The notes: generated by a model not told the origin, from the letters alone. A stretch of 62,213 bases of DNA, filler included, from Basidiobolus meristosporus CBS 931.73 (GCA_002104905.1; 4 parts of 4 records of this genome joined end to end with filler, not necessarily neighbours in it), one strand, 5' to 3'. Counted from the whole stretch's first letter, positions 48,503 through 61,385 are shown. A program made the numbers and translations.

Positions 48503-51500
48503 TGAATGTTTAAGTTAGAGCAGTTTTTAGTCAAATCAATCAGTTATATGTTTAGCTTATCAGTATAAAAGTATTATCTATTAAATCAGTAGCATTAGTC
48601 ATTAGTCTTATAAGACAGATATAGATATATTGAGTAGGATCTTATCAGGTGACAATGATGCAATCAAATGAGTCATCATCCACAGCCTATATTAGGAAAT
48701 ACAATTAGTTAGCAATTGATCTGGCAAAATGTATATAAGGAGCTGCTGGAACCTCAATAAAGATCAGCTCAAGTTTTAGTGAATGGAATACTAGCCAAAC
48801 TCCCTATTCCTCTACAACTTGTATACCAAGACTTGCAACATTGGTAGCAACAATAATCAGACACCACCCTCCTGAAGAAAGAAGAAGCCTCCCTCAGATC
48901 TTGAATAATCAAGAATGGAGGAACACTATGCAGCAAATCCTGGCCCAGCAGCAACAAGCAATAACTACTATGGCCCAAAGCCAGCAAAACCCTGCCAAGA
49001 GCTACATTAGTGTGAAGGCCAACTGGTACCATGGTAGAGTCAATGAAAACCTAGGAACTTGGCTCTTCCATATTGAAGAAGCTTTAAGGCTAAGGGAATT
49101 GCTCCAGAAAGCAAGTTATATGATGCAGCCTCTTACCTGGCAGATGCAGCTTTAAAGTGGTACCACAACAAGATTGGATCAGCCACCATGATGGGATGCT
49201 CTACAATCTCTACCTGGGATGAGTTTGTGTTGGAAATTCATGATGCCATTGAGCCCCCTCACCAACAGTCACTACTAAGAAGAAAGTTGAAGACACTCAG
49301 ACACAATGGAATGGTTCAAGAGTACATCTATGAATATAGATGTCTACTTGGGCAAATTGAAAGAGATGACCCTCTGAATTAAGTTGAATACTTTATTGAT
49401 GGGTTGAAAGAAAGAACTTGTAAGGAAGTGAATTATTAAAGACCTCAGACTATTGAAGAAGCCATCAAGATTACCATTGACTATGACTCTGCTATGTTTG
49501 GAGTTGGGAAGCCCACAATAACTAATCATAGAGGCTACAATTATTATAAAAGAAGACAATCAGAAGCAGTGCCAATGAAATAGATGCTATGCAGATGAAC
49601 TGTACCTCAGAAGAATGTAACAAGAAAGGACTTTGCTTCAATTGCCATCAGCAGGGACATATTGCAAAGTACTGCCCTCAGAGAAGAAATGGACATCAGC
49701 TAGCAAGAGCCTTTAACCATGTTGAGGCCCTGGAGCATAGTAACATGGAGGATGAGCTTGAAGAAGACTCAGAACTCACCTTCCATACGACAGAAGAATA
49801 CCTATCCCAGATGACATCAAACTCAGGAAAGCTATTATACTTGAATGGAGTAATCAATGCAGTACCTGCCAAGATCATGATTGACTCAGGAGCATTGCAT
49901 GAGTACATGTCAGAGCAATTTGCTTTGAAAGCTGGATTCAACTTGGAACCCACCAAATCAACTTCAGTCTTAACAGCTGATGGGAACTCTTACATAATCA
50001 ACCGTATTACTCTGCCTGTAAGGATGAAAATCAATGACTACAAAGAAGATCTACAGGTCTATATATTTGGGAACTGCAAGTTTGACCTTGTACTTGGAAA
50101 AACCTGGCTATGTGTTGTAATCCATCAATCAACTGGTAGACCCATGCTACTCAGATCCAGAAGGACTACAAGACCTATGAGCTATTACCTGCCAGACTGG
50201 ACTTTAACTTGGTCAATTACAGTGTGTGTGAAACAGGTGAACTTAGCAAGACACAGTTCTGTAGGGCACTAGGAAAAGGCCCCCAGATGTTCCTCATGGC
50301 AGTATTACAGGAGGATTCCTCTACTCCAGTACCCCAGCAGGTCCAGACTCTTTTTAAGGGAACAATTCAGATGCATTTCCATATGAGCTTATAAGCCTAC
50401 CACCAGTCAGAGATGTGGATCATGCCATTGAAACAGGAGATAGCCCTCCAGTGAGTAAGACACCTTACAGAATGAGTCCATTGGAGTTAGAAGAGATGAA
50501 GAGACAAATAGATCAGTTACTGGAGCAAGGATATATCAGCCTCAGCAGGTCGCCTTGGGGAGCACCAGTGCTTTTTGTGAAGAAGAAGGAAGGAGCACTT
50601 AGGATGTGCATAGACTACAGAGCCCTCAGCTCAGTCACCATTGTAGTGGGGTGACAGTGACACCCACTGACAAATGTGCTCATTCCCTTATTTTCTACTT
50701 CCCTATATCTCTACCACCCCTATTTTAGTTTTATCCTATTTGTCTTACCTGATCAGTACTATCCCATAAGCCGGTTGACTATCACACCTGCTTACCTTAT
50801 TGCATAAGTTACTCCTCACTTTATGTAAGATTACTAGCTATAAGTACTTCTATATTAGGCAAGTACCCGCGCCAGTACCTGTGACACATGATCAACCTAT
50901 GTCACCAACTCTACCATTTCCATACCATATATGGTATCCCCATGTTACACAGGTTTCAGAATACTGATTCCTGATTGGTTGGATATGCTGTGCCTCTTAG
51001 AACCTTCCAGTACCTACTTAGAACATTCTTAGGTCATTCTGATGTCATTAAGATTTCTATTGATATCCTGAACCTTATGGAGCACTATGATTAGTAATCA
51101 CTTAGCCAGTAAGAAAAGTATATAAGGGAGGCTATCCCTCAACAATAAATCATCATCCCTTTTATGAATATACCAACTTGTTGATTAGTGTGATCACTGC
51201 TACCTGCTGCTACCTGAACTTCCAACCCCAGACCACAGGACACTCCCAGGAAACTGCACTAACAGCTAACTGACCTTGGAGGCACTACTTGTGAGGAATA
51301 CTCAGAGTAGGTATCTTCTAATGTATTTGATTTTCTCCCAAGTTTGTTCTTGTACAGGCAAAGATACTTTTCTGTCTTTGTAACTATTGACCACAGCTGC
51401 ATTCTTATCAAGTCCCTGCTGGTGGAGTTTACAGTTGTTTTGACTTTGGAAGCTTTAGTACATTGTCATCTCAACGGATGCTGAACCCAGCACATACTTT

Positions 51501-53466
51501 TGTTAAGACGCCAACTAAGTTGGGGATTGTAGCTCAATAGTTTTCCCTTGACAAGCTTGTGGCTTTATTTGCCTTCACATTAGATTAGAGACAGAACCCA
51601 AGTATTCCAAGCAAGCTTTTGCCAGAGGTTATCACACCCAGTGAACACCCCACACACAAAACACTTGAGAAGTGTTGGACTTATCTCTCCCTTGGACCTA
51701 TACACCACCACACCGTGAAGAATAAGTACCCCATGCCTTGGATTGATGAGCTTTTGGACCAGCTCAATGGAGCCACTATTTTCAGCAAGATTGACCTCAT
51801 GTCAGGATACTACCAGATAAGGGTGAAGCCAGAAGACATCCCTAAGGCAGCATTCAGGACTAGCTATAGACATTACAAGTACTTAGTCATGAGTTTTGGC
51901 CTCACCAATGCCCCTGCAACATTCATGACCCTGATGCAGACTGTCTGCCAGGAGCACTTAGACAAGCTAGTGATAATCTACCAAGATGATATATTGATAT
52001 ACAGCAAGACAGTAGAGGATCACATGGTACACACTGAAAAGGTCTTGAAGAATCTAAGAGAGAACAAACTATATGTCAAGCTAGCCAAGTGTGAATTCTT
52101 CAAGGAACATGTTGAATATCTGGGACACATAGTGACTAGCACAGGAGTAACCTTAGACCCTAAGAAGGCTGAAGTTATCAAGAATCTGAAGCAGCCCCAT
52201 AGCATATCAGAGCTCAGATCATTCCTTCAAATGGTTTCCTATTATTGGAGATTTGTCAAGTCTTTGCAAGTATTGCAGCCCCTTTAACCGGTATCCTCAA
52301 GAAAGAAAATACCTGCAAGTGAGACATAGCTTGTGACACTGCCCTCCAGATGCTCAAGAAAGAACTTGCTACGTTACCAAGCTTAAGAATACCTGACTTC
52401 AGAAAAGAGTTCACTCTGTGCACAGATGCTTCAGATTATGCAATTGGTGGAGTGTTGAGCCAAAAACAGAAGGGAAAGGACTACCCCATTGCCTTTGAAT
52501 CCAAGAAACTGAACTCAGCAGAACAAAACTATCCAGTGCATGAGAAGGAGATGCGTGCTATAATACACTGTTTGAAGACCTGGAGATGCTATATTGAAGG
52601 AGTCAAATCCACTGTGAAGACTGATCATTCCTCCCTTGAGTACATATTTACTCAGAAGGGACTCTGTAGAAGAATGACAAGATGGAGTGAACACATTCAG
52701 CAATTTGATTTGGAGATTGTTAACTGTCCTGGAAAAAGCAACACAGTTGCTGATGCCTTATCAAGATTAGAGAAAGTTGCACAACTCAACTTGGTGCATG
52801 AAACAGATTGGCCTAGCCTATTACCAAAGTACTTGGAGGACCAAGCCTTTGCTGATGAGGTGGATGAAAATATCAAGAAGATTATCTGGGATGAAGCCAG
52901 CAAATTTGTAGTACAGGATGAAACACTCTACCAAATTGTTGATGGAAGCCCTATTGCCTAATTGCCCTTATGTTGCTTGCCTGGATTTAATACATAAGCT
53001 ACACAATGGAGATGGACCTATAGCCTTGTGAAAGCCAGAGTATGGTGGCCCAGAATGAAACATGACATTGAGAAGCTAGTGAAAACATGCCCAAATTACC
53101 AAATCTACCAAAGCCAACCACAGAGAATTGCCACACACTGTTCTTAGAGCCTGTAAGACCATTTAAAAAATGGGGAATTGACGTAACTGGAAGACTGCCA
53201 ACTACCAGGAAATGCAACTGTTGGATCCTAGTAGCAATTGACCATACCACTAAATGGTCAGTGGCTAAAGCTGTACCTGTAGCCAGTGAAAAAGAAGTTG
53301 TAAGTTTCATCTACCTCAAGATCCTTATGGAGTTTGGATGCCCTGTAGAGATTCTATCCAACAGAGGTGCAAACTTTATGGCAAAGACATTAGAGCTTAC
53401 CTGGAAATGCAGCAGATCAAACACTGGAAAACCTTGGCATATCACCCTGGAACTAAAGGTGTCACT
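48503..53466 (+). mobile_element. Degenerate Ty3/gypsy retrotransposon (partial LTR to ~48647, gag, PR, RT, RH, IN), truncated by the spacer
   Basis: Gag WDEFV..LRRKLKTL, CFNCHQQGHIAKYC, protease [31 protein letters not shown], RNase H TDASDYAIGGVL, integrase KKWGIDVTG. The order is PR-RT-RH-IN. Confidence 0.93.
50642..51712 (+). mobile_element. 1071-bp solo LTR, copy 2, inserted in the gypsy RT
   Basis: Runs TGTAGTGG...CCACCACA and is flanked by CCAT (50638-50641) and CCGT (51713-51716). Excision restores [15 protein letters not shown]. Confidence 0.9.
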
Positions 53467-53566
53467 NNNNNNNNNNNNNNNNNNNNNNNNNNNNNNNNNN
53501 NNNNNNNNNNTTAATTAATTAANNNNNNNNNNNNNNNNNNNNNNNNNNNNNNNNNNNNNNNNNNNN
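53467..53566. other. Assembly spacer with six-frame-stop linker
   Basis: 44 N + TTAATTAATTAA (53511-53522) + 44 N. Confidence 0.97.
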
Positions 53567-54214
53567 CAAGACCCCCTCTTTTTACATCCGAGACTGATGC
53601 TCTCTTCCCATTCTTTGTATAATTCTTCCGGCATTCCCTCATCAGATTCCCAGCACGCTCTTCATTTTGATCAAGAACATTAAAGATTCCACTTTCTACT
53701 CCTGATATCGAGTGTATTGATAACATTCAAACTAGCATTCATCTTCGTATTGCTTAGATCAACATTTGCTCATATAATTTATAATTGCGCATGATTTCAA
53801 ATCAAGTTCGTTTTGTTGGATTTGTGGAGATACCTCAACACACCCCTATGAATAATATCAAATTTGGATAACATATGGTATTCCTCTGGTATATTTCAGT
53901 TAATTCTTCAAAAGTAATTATCTCTCGAGTCAGTGAGCTGATTGTTAACATAATTGCCCTGAAGATTATTCAGGTACAACACCATCTAGGGCATGTGTCT
54001 ACTTGACTTCAAGCAGGCTAGAACTTCTGTTTCTGAAAGTTGTAACTCTAAAGAAAATGGGATTTCTGGAAATATTATGCTAGCATTCTGCTGATCATTG
54101 GTAACCTTTTTTTCATAGAGCACTGTTGTGAGATCAATACTAAACAGAAATACTATACTAAATATCTGACAAATAGGCTAGCTTCTGTTGCAAATAATCA
54201 GTTTATACCTAAAC

Positions 54215-55253
54215 TGTTGTAAGAGTTTTGGAGATATTGGAAGTGATTAGGAGAACATGTAGGTTATGTGGTTTTCACTTAATGATTTATTGAATGTAAA
54301 AGTAGTATTTATACTTCTACACGGTCTTGACAGAAAAAACACGTAGAGCATATTTTAATGGTCCCGAGAGCATATGTGCAAAGTTTGGGCTGTTTTGACA
54401 ACTTAACAATTTTTCATGTTCTGGGTACCCAATATTTTGCTGTAATATTTGAAGTAATTTGGCCAGAAATCATTAAGACTTGTATACTATGATCTAAGTG
54501 GCCAAGTCAAGTGAAAATTTAGGTACAGAGTTTATAATACTTGACAGCTACACTGTATTCTCTGCATGTCTTGTTGTGAGAGTCTTGGTGATATTTGAGG
54601 TGATTGGGAGAACAGATAGATTATATGATTTTCATCTAATGACTTGGTAAGTTAAAAGAGGTATTTATGCTTGACATAGCTTTGACACTAAAAGTTCATA
54701 CAGTATATTTAGGAAGGTTCTAAGAGTATGTATGCAGCATTTTTGGGCTTTTGACTAGCATCAAGAATTTTTATATACTGCATACTTAACGATTTGGTGA
54801 AAGTACTCTAAGTAGATCCCAACAAGGAACTTGGGCAAGAAATACTAAGGCCCATACACTTTAATATCAGTGACTAGGTGTACTTATCAAACCTATATCA
54901 TTCTTTGTTGTAAGAGTCTTGAAGATATTGGAAGTGTTTGGGAGAACAAGTAGATTATGTGGCTTTTACTTAATGATTTATTGAATGTAAATTAGAATTT
55001 ATACTTCTACTTGGTCTTGGAATAACAAGAGCATATAATATGTTTAAGAAGGACCCAAGAACATGTGTGCAAAGTTTGGGGCTGTTTGGACAGCTTTGAG
55101 AATTTTCATGTTCTAGGTGCCTGATATTTTGGTGAAAATATTCCAAGTAAATCCCGACAAGGAATTTGGTCAGTATTCTCTAAGATTTGTAGGTAATGAT
55201 CCAAGTGACTAAGTTAAGTGAATATTTAGATGGTATTCCAAATTTTTACAGCA
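54215..55253 (-). repeat. Three head-to-tail copia LTRs (~54215-54550, ~54572-54890, 54906-55253) with no internal sequence
   Basis: Each begins TGTTGT(A/G)AGAGT on the + strand and is colinear with the family LTR. The third is flanked by TTCTT/TTTTT, a near-perfect 5-bp TSD. Confidence 0.85.
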
Positions 55254-56795
55254 TTTTTAACATAAGCTATTGGAAACTCAATTGATTCTTGTAATTGGCT
55301 AGTGGACTTACTTGAAATTAATATCAAATCATCCCAAGCCAATCTTCACAAACAGGGGAGAAACTGCACTTCCACAAAAGTTTGCTTGCAGACTTATCTA
55401 GTGGGCAATTACGTACACTTGAAGGTCTAATTGTTTAGCTTAGGCTGCTGTTAATAGTGGTCATTGTATCTTTATTCTATTTTCATACTATATCTACAGG
55501 TTGGAGATGGTTATCAGATATTTTTCTCGATTCTGAGGGATTTTGGGAGTAATCAAGAGTCAATAAGCATTGGACATATCTTTCCATGACCTTCCTCAGC
55601 ACATTACAAAATTGCAAATCAATTCCTACCGTAGTGTCAATATATTAACTCATCCGTAATAGCGCTGGATGGTTTGTTTCATTGATTCTGTCAAAATACA
55701 ATCAATCATATATAAAATTCAACTTGGGCTTTAACTTTCGAAAAAAGTGGGCTTTAAGATGATATTGAGTTACTGAATGAAATGTATCCTCATCATGCAC
55801 AAAATATGGAACCTAGCCACTGGTCTTCTAGCAAGTTATTAGCAATCCAAAATGTTTGAGACGATTGGGCGTTGCTGAGGCATGATATGTACTTGCTGCT
55901 TTATCAGTCTATAATAGCCGTATATATTGTAGAGTGTCATAAAGCCACTTGGTTGTTTTTTGATATTTCCACCATTCTGAGGAGAAAGAATACCGATACT
56001 TGCTGTTGTAAAATCCACATGAATGGATTGGAAATCGTTTTAAGCATAGTAGAAAATACCAGACTTCATGATATAACTACTGAAGGTAAAGTACTTTTCA
56101 GTAATTCCATAACCCCTCAAAATTGATCAATTTTCAACAAATCAACAGGTTATTAAATTGTAAGATCGGAATAATTATTTGCAACAGAGTTTACCAAAAT
56201 ATGGATGGAAAATTGCCATGAAAACAAATCGATGGCTGAATCCAATGTTACGAAACATGGGCTAAAATTGATTTCAAACTAAATTCGTGATTTGGTAATT
56301 AAAAACAAAATATGGGTTAAATTACATTGACTAGAACAGCTTTGCATAATAACCGCCGATACTTCAAAGGGGGCTCATTGAAGCAGTCACTTTGAACTTA
56401 TGATATGATCAGGAATTGGTGATCTTACGCAGTGAATACCTGGTAATATCAAAATTAAATGTAACTCGATGCTATAGAAAACACTCTGGTGGATGTGGGC
56501 AAGGGTGTTAGTATATCCGTCGGGTTTCGTTTGGACGTATGAAATCGCGATAGTGTGTCACTACATTTAGTCAAATCGGTGTGGCTTGAAAGTTCTCCAA
56601 GATCCGTTGAAGGAGGACTAGTTCCGCTACGCTGCATCGTCGAAAGTGGATTAGGAATAAGGAAGTCGCAGTCCAAGCATTCCTCACCAATGTTGGAGTT
56701 GCCGTGTGAGATCTTATGATAGTTCCAAGTTGTAGAAATGATATTAGATGGGATATCAAGTTCCAAAGCAATCTAGAGCGTGGTAGTCTAAAGGA

Positions 56796-57045
56796 CTAAT
56801 CAGACCAGGTGGATCTGAGGGGTTTGAAATACCCAAATCAGGTTAAGCTAGCTCATTGGCAGACTGTGCCAGTGGCCACTACAAAGTACCAGCCATCAAC
56901 CTCTTTCTAAGTGCCGACTACCGTGCGAGTTACCGGTAATGGTCCCACTCCAATGTAACCCAGACATCTCCAAATGAACAGAAAATGGAAAGGTAGAGTC
57001 AAGGGAGCATTGGTTGGCCCATTCAAATAGGCAATCAGACTTCGA
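56796..57045 (-). pseudogene. Possible remnant 3' end of a fourth expansin-array paralogue
   Basis: SDCLFE...C, ATGTVCQ and TWSD* resemble the paralogues' SACDFE..C, ASGTVCK and TWAD*. Frames are broken and no DPBB part was found. Confidence 0.35.
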
Positions 57046-57316
57046 ACAGATAGCGCATTTGTATGAGAATAGATAATGAAAACTAACAACGAATTGGATC
57101 ATTTGAGATACTACAATGGCTTTCCCACTGCTACATTAGAAATCATCCCGCCTATTGACACCATACCTTATGTGGGAATAGATTTGCAAGCTGAATTTGA
57201 CTTCAAAGTGATTCCCAGTGAGGTATTCGAAATCCAATACTATAACACAGCCATGTTGAGTCAATCAAAACATTTATTTAAAGTACGAACAGAATACCAG
57301 TCAGTTCGTATTCACT

Positions 57317-58051
57317 TCAGGCCCAAGTGCACACCACACTTCCGTGATCATCTTTGCATACGGTACCTTGGGCGCATTGCTCACGTTCAACGATGCCATC
57401 AGCACATACTTCAAAATCCGCAGAGAGACCAGGTTCGATGCATCTGCTTTGGAATTTACAGAAGGAGGGTGCCGTGGGAGTAGAGGTGGTGGTAGAGGTA
57501 GCTGTAGGGCTGGTCAATTGAGCTTGCTCACTTGTGCTAGGAGATGGGTGAACACTAGACCTCAGCTCGGAATTTGATTGATTAACGTTGATGAGCTGGT
57601 TATTACCTTCACCATCGCTCTCACCATCACATGGCACATAGTTCCAGGTGATATGGACACGGCCTTGCACAAGTTCAGCAATGTGCTCAAATGCTGAGGG
57701 GCTAAGGTCAAGTGAGCCTTCTTTGCAAGATGGGCATGTATCGACAATCTGCACCTTGACACTCCCCTTGGGACCATGAACCATGGCACATTTAAAGCAT
57801 GCTGGACTATCACTGGGATTAGCGTACTCGCCAAATTGTGGCGCGTTCATGGCAGCAATCAACTGACTAGATGTGGATACGATCCCACAGGAGCCCAGCC
57901 CTGGGGCGAAGTATGTGCCATCTCCGGAGAACGACTCGCGCTTACTGAAGAGAAGACCAGCTTCGGCATGAACAGGAGCAGCGGTTACCTTGGAAGCGAG
58001 GAAGCAGACAGCCAATGTGGCGGTGGAAGCAAGGATTCGGAGAGCGGTCAT
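57317..58051 (-). CDS. Secreted expansin-like/loosenin (RlpA-like DPBB) protein with C-terminal CBM19-like Cys module, paralogue 1 (244 aa)
   Basis: Signal peptide, KR processing site, FSGDGTYF..GLGSCG, IAAMNAPQF, VKVQIVDTCPSC..GSLDLSPSAF, Ser/Thr linker and C-x5-C..C..G..C..GTVC..C. Confidence 0.9.
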   Translation of the reverse strand: MTALRILASTATLAVCFLASKVTAAPVHAEAGLLFSKRESFSGDGTYFAPGLGSCGIVSTSSQLIAAMNAPQFGEYANPSDSPACFKCAMVHGPKGSVKVQIVDTCPSCKEGSLDLSPSAFEHIAELVQGRVHITWNYVPCDGESDGEGNNQLINVNQSNSELRSSVHPSPSTSEQAQLTSPTATSTTTSTPTAPSFCKFQSRCIEPGLSADFEVCADGIVEREQCAQGTVCKDDHGSVVCTWA

Positions 58052-58753
58052 GATAGCGATAGGTTAAAATAAGGTGACTTTTCTTTTGATAGGGTTTGGA
58101 AAACTAGTGATAATGAGTGTTAAGGTACAAGACATCTCTAGTCTTTATAGTCCAACGCATCACATACAAGCGAATCTTGCTGGTCAGTACCCGACTCACT
58201 TGCTCCCAATTTTGACTTGCGTTGGACCCAGTGACGTGCCCAAAACGCCTCCTCTGAAGCCCGTATAACTACTAAAAGAATATATTTAAGGGACCCATCT
58301 TTGCTAGCCTCACCACCATATAATAGATTACTTTATACAAGGTAGAGTACATTCATGAATACAATAAAAGAGTAAACCAGCCTTAACGATCGATTCGATG
58401 ATCAGAAGATTCCCTTGGAATGCCGACCCAAAAATAAACCGGCAAGCATCGAAGTTAAGCATAGGCTATACGTGCAAATAAGACGAATTCCCGCCACCAA
58501 ATTTGGACCCAGGACTTGCTCAACCAAAGAAAAAAATTGACGAATTTCGTTGGACTGGAGTTTCCATTTGGATAACTAGTTGTGATGAGAATTGCCTTTT
58601 TTGTCCTAGTCGGGACATTGCCTAGAATCCCCAAGGACCTGACCCGCATTTATGTTCACCAAAGATCTAACCAGCATATCATAGGATATTAAAGCATTTA
58701 TTGATATAGAAATAATTATTAGGGGGAATAGTCAATGATATAGCGAAGTTGGT

Positions 58754-59572
58754 TTAAGCCCAAGTACAAATGATGTCTCCGGCATCGTTCTTACACACTG
58801 TGCCTTCAGCGCACACCTGTTGATCGATCTCTCCGTTGATACATGTTTCGAAAGCACCAGTTAGTCCAGGATTAACACAGCGTCTCTCGAAATGACAGCT
58901 GGAGGATTCGAGCAGCGTGCTCTCATTTTGACTGATTTTGTTTGAAGGTACAAGTACTGGTGTTACTTTCTTCACCTCAGTCTGAGTCGCTTGCTGTATG
59001 GTTTTGGTTACCTTCTCTACCTTAGTCTGAGTAGTTTGGTGGGTAGGTTTAGGATGCTTATTTACGACCTTGGTTACTTTGGGTGTGGACTTTTTGATTG
59101 TGACACTTGGGGCATGGCTTACAGTGCTAGTAGAACTACTCTCCCCGTTGCAGGGTACGTAGCTCCAATCGATATGAACACGACCCTGCGCAAGGTCAGC
59201 AATGTGCTCAAATGCAGCAGGGCTAAGGTCAAGCGAACCTTCTTTGCAAGATGGGCATTTATCGACAATCTGTACCTTGACACTCCCCTTGGGGCCATGA
59301 ATCATGGCACATTTAAAGCATACTGGACTATGACTGGGATTAGCGTACTCGCCAAATTGTGGCGCGTTCATGGCAGCAATCAACTGACTAGATGTGGATA
59401 CGATCCCACAGGAGCCCAGCCCTGGGGCGAAGTATGTGCCATCTCCGGAGAACGACTCGCGCTTACTGAAGAGAAGACCAGCTTCGGCATGAACAGGAGC
59501 AGCGGTTACCTTGGAAGCGAGGAAGCAAACAGTCAAGGTAGCGACGGAAGTAACAAATCTGAGACCAGTCAT
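58754..59572 (-). CDS. Expansin-like DPBB + CBM19-like protein, paralogue 2 (272 aa)
   Basis: Same architecture as paralogue 1, with a Lys/Thr/Val-rich linker. Confidence 0.9.
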   Translation of the reverse strand: MTGLRFVTSVATLTVCFLASKVTAAPVHAEAGLLFSKRESFSGDGTYFAPGLGSCGIVSTSSQLIAAMNAPQFGEYANPSHSPVCFKCAMIHGPKGSVKVQIVDKCPSCKEGSLDLSPAAFEHIADLAQGRVHIDWSYVPCNGESSSTSTVSHAPSVTIKKSTPKVTKVVNKHPKPTHQTTQTKVEKVTKTIQQATQTEVKKVTPVLVPSNKISQNESTLLESSSCHFERRCVNPGLTGAFETCINGEIDQQVCAEGTVCKNDAGDIICTWA

Positions 59573-61385
59573 GATGGATATGAAAGAAAAATATATTTGT
59601 CGTTTGGTAAATTCCTGTTATCAAAACTAGGAAGGTTAATTGTGAGGTTACAAGGAGCGTCAGCGCAACACTTTTATATGTGTTGGTGACTCTGGTTGGA
59701 TGGCCTCATGGCAGTCACGTAGACCTGGAACTCGTACATTTTACTTGAGCAGTTTTCATGATTGCCTCTTAGTGTAGGGGTATATTGACATGCCCTCAGC
59801 TCACATCAGCCTTGTCATTAGTTTTTCCCACTTTTCACATTCCCTTTCGCTCCTATGAAGCCTCCCCTGGTCAGGCTGCGGGCCAATGAGGGGCCTCCAT
59901 ATCCCTGGTTTTTTCCAGTACGATACATATGGTAAGATTGACATGAAAAGCAGTCGAAGTTCATTTAATTTTGATTCTTACTTGGTAACCTGGTTGCATA
60001 CCCGGCAAACTCAGCTGCGTGGCTTCCAATCAACATGTCGATTTTTCGCATGGTATTTGGTAATTCGATCCTCCGGCAAGACTGCTGTTCGTTACTACTT
60101 AGCAGTAGATATTTTCCTATTGGAGGAGGCGGACTGCACATGATACCCGTGGGCTCTCTAACACGCGAACCTTCAAGACATTTGCTCTGGTACAGCATAA
60201 TTCGATTTTGCCCACGCGGTCACTAACGCGAACGATTTCTGGAATCTTTGGAGAGGGATTTGGATTTTCATCTCTAACCAATCCTTCCCCTCTCGTTCTA
60301 GTTTTCTTGCCTAAACCAGAACCGATGGTTGACTTGGTTGAGAGTGCACACCTTTTTTGCCTTTTCAGAAACATCAGCGCTTACTCTTATGGTTTACGCT
60401 TATATTGCTTTAGATACGCAACAAGCTACACCTCGGCGAGTTTCTAATGGATGTGCGTTACGCATTATGATGTTATATTTGATTTGGGCTCATGGTAGAG
60501 CGGGCAGGCTGTAAACGATAGATGGCCTGCTAGTAATCGACTGAAGGTGAACTGGCCAACATGCTGCAGATGTCGATGGGACAATGACAAAGATAGTCAT
60601 ACTGATCCATGATCGGTTGGGCCATATACATATTTGATCTACTAGTTGATCGCTCAAAAATGTCTTCAACACATACTTTATTAAAACATACACACAACTT
60701 GAATGGCTTTTGATAGGGAAAAGACGCAACTGCCGTCGGCCGAAGTATTTTATTCATATATCTCCGAGTATGTTGCCCAGCTTTGCGTAAGAAAAGTGAC
60801 AGGTGGATATCCAACATGCCGTTTGATTTACTTCATAAAAGGCATATCAGAGCGATACCTAGCATACGTTTGTCAGCAGTTCGTACTTCCAATGATGGTA
60901 CCAGTGGATGGCCGTGCTGCATGGCACAGAGGCGTGGCAAAGTAGGTTGCTTCTAATAGGTCATTTGTTTTCCATTTAGAGGGAACTTTAATCTGGGCAT
61001 GTACCCGACAGCCACTGATTTCTTGGAACTTGAGTGGTGTCCTGGCAACCAGGGGTTGCCCTTGAGCAACAGAATGTTCCATCTAACTGAGCCCAGATAG
61101 GTGGTGGATAGGAGGAATATTTTACCACGGAATCATATTCCCTTCTAGAATAGAAGGACCATAAACAGCTGGGATAAATCAATCATGAACTTATGGGATC
61201 GTGGGAATTTTTTTTATTTTTTTTCAATTTTTTGGAATCGTTGAGGCTGGTCAGTCAGCAACAACACCAGTGATTGTCAGAATTTAACCAAGTTGTGAAG
61301 AATCCAGCTCTATGGAACAACTCACTTAAAATGCCAATCGAGGTGGTGTGGATGAGCAAACCTTAGTCAATCGATCTATGGTTAC

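Noticed and set aside
53567-54000. Possible kinase-like relic on the minus strand (YPNLILFIGVC; CWESD)
   Set aside because: Only two short motif-like pieces in different frames with many stops. No HRD/DFG equivalents were seen.
58991-59689. 232-aa plus-strand ORF (and 57776-58072)
   Set aside because: Antisense shadows of the expansin-like genes. Their mutual similarity only reflects the converted tract.
59880-61200. Short ORFs between expansin paralogues 2 and 3
   Set aside because: No motif, signal peptide or paralogy was detectable by eye.
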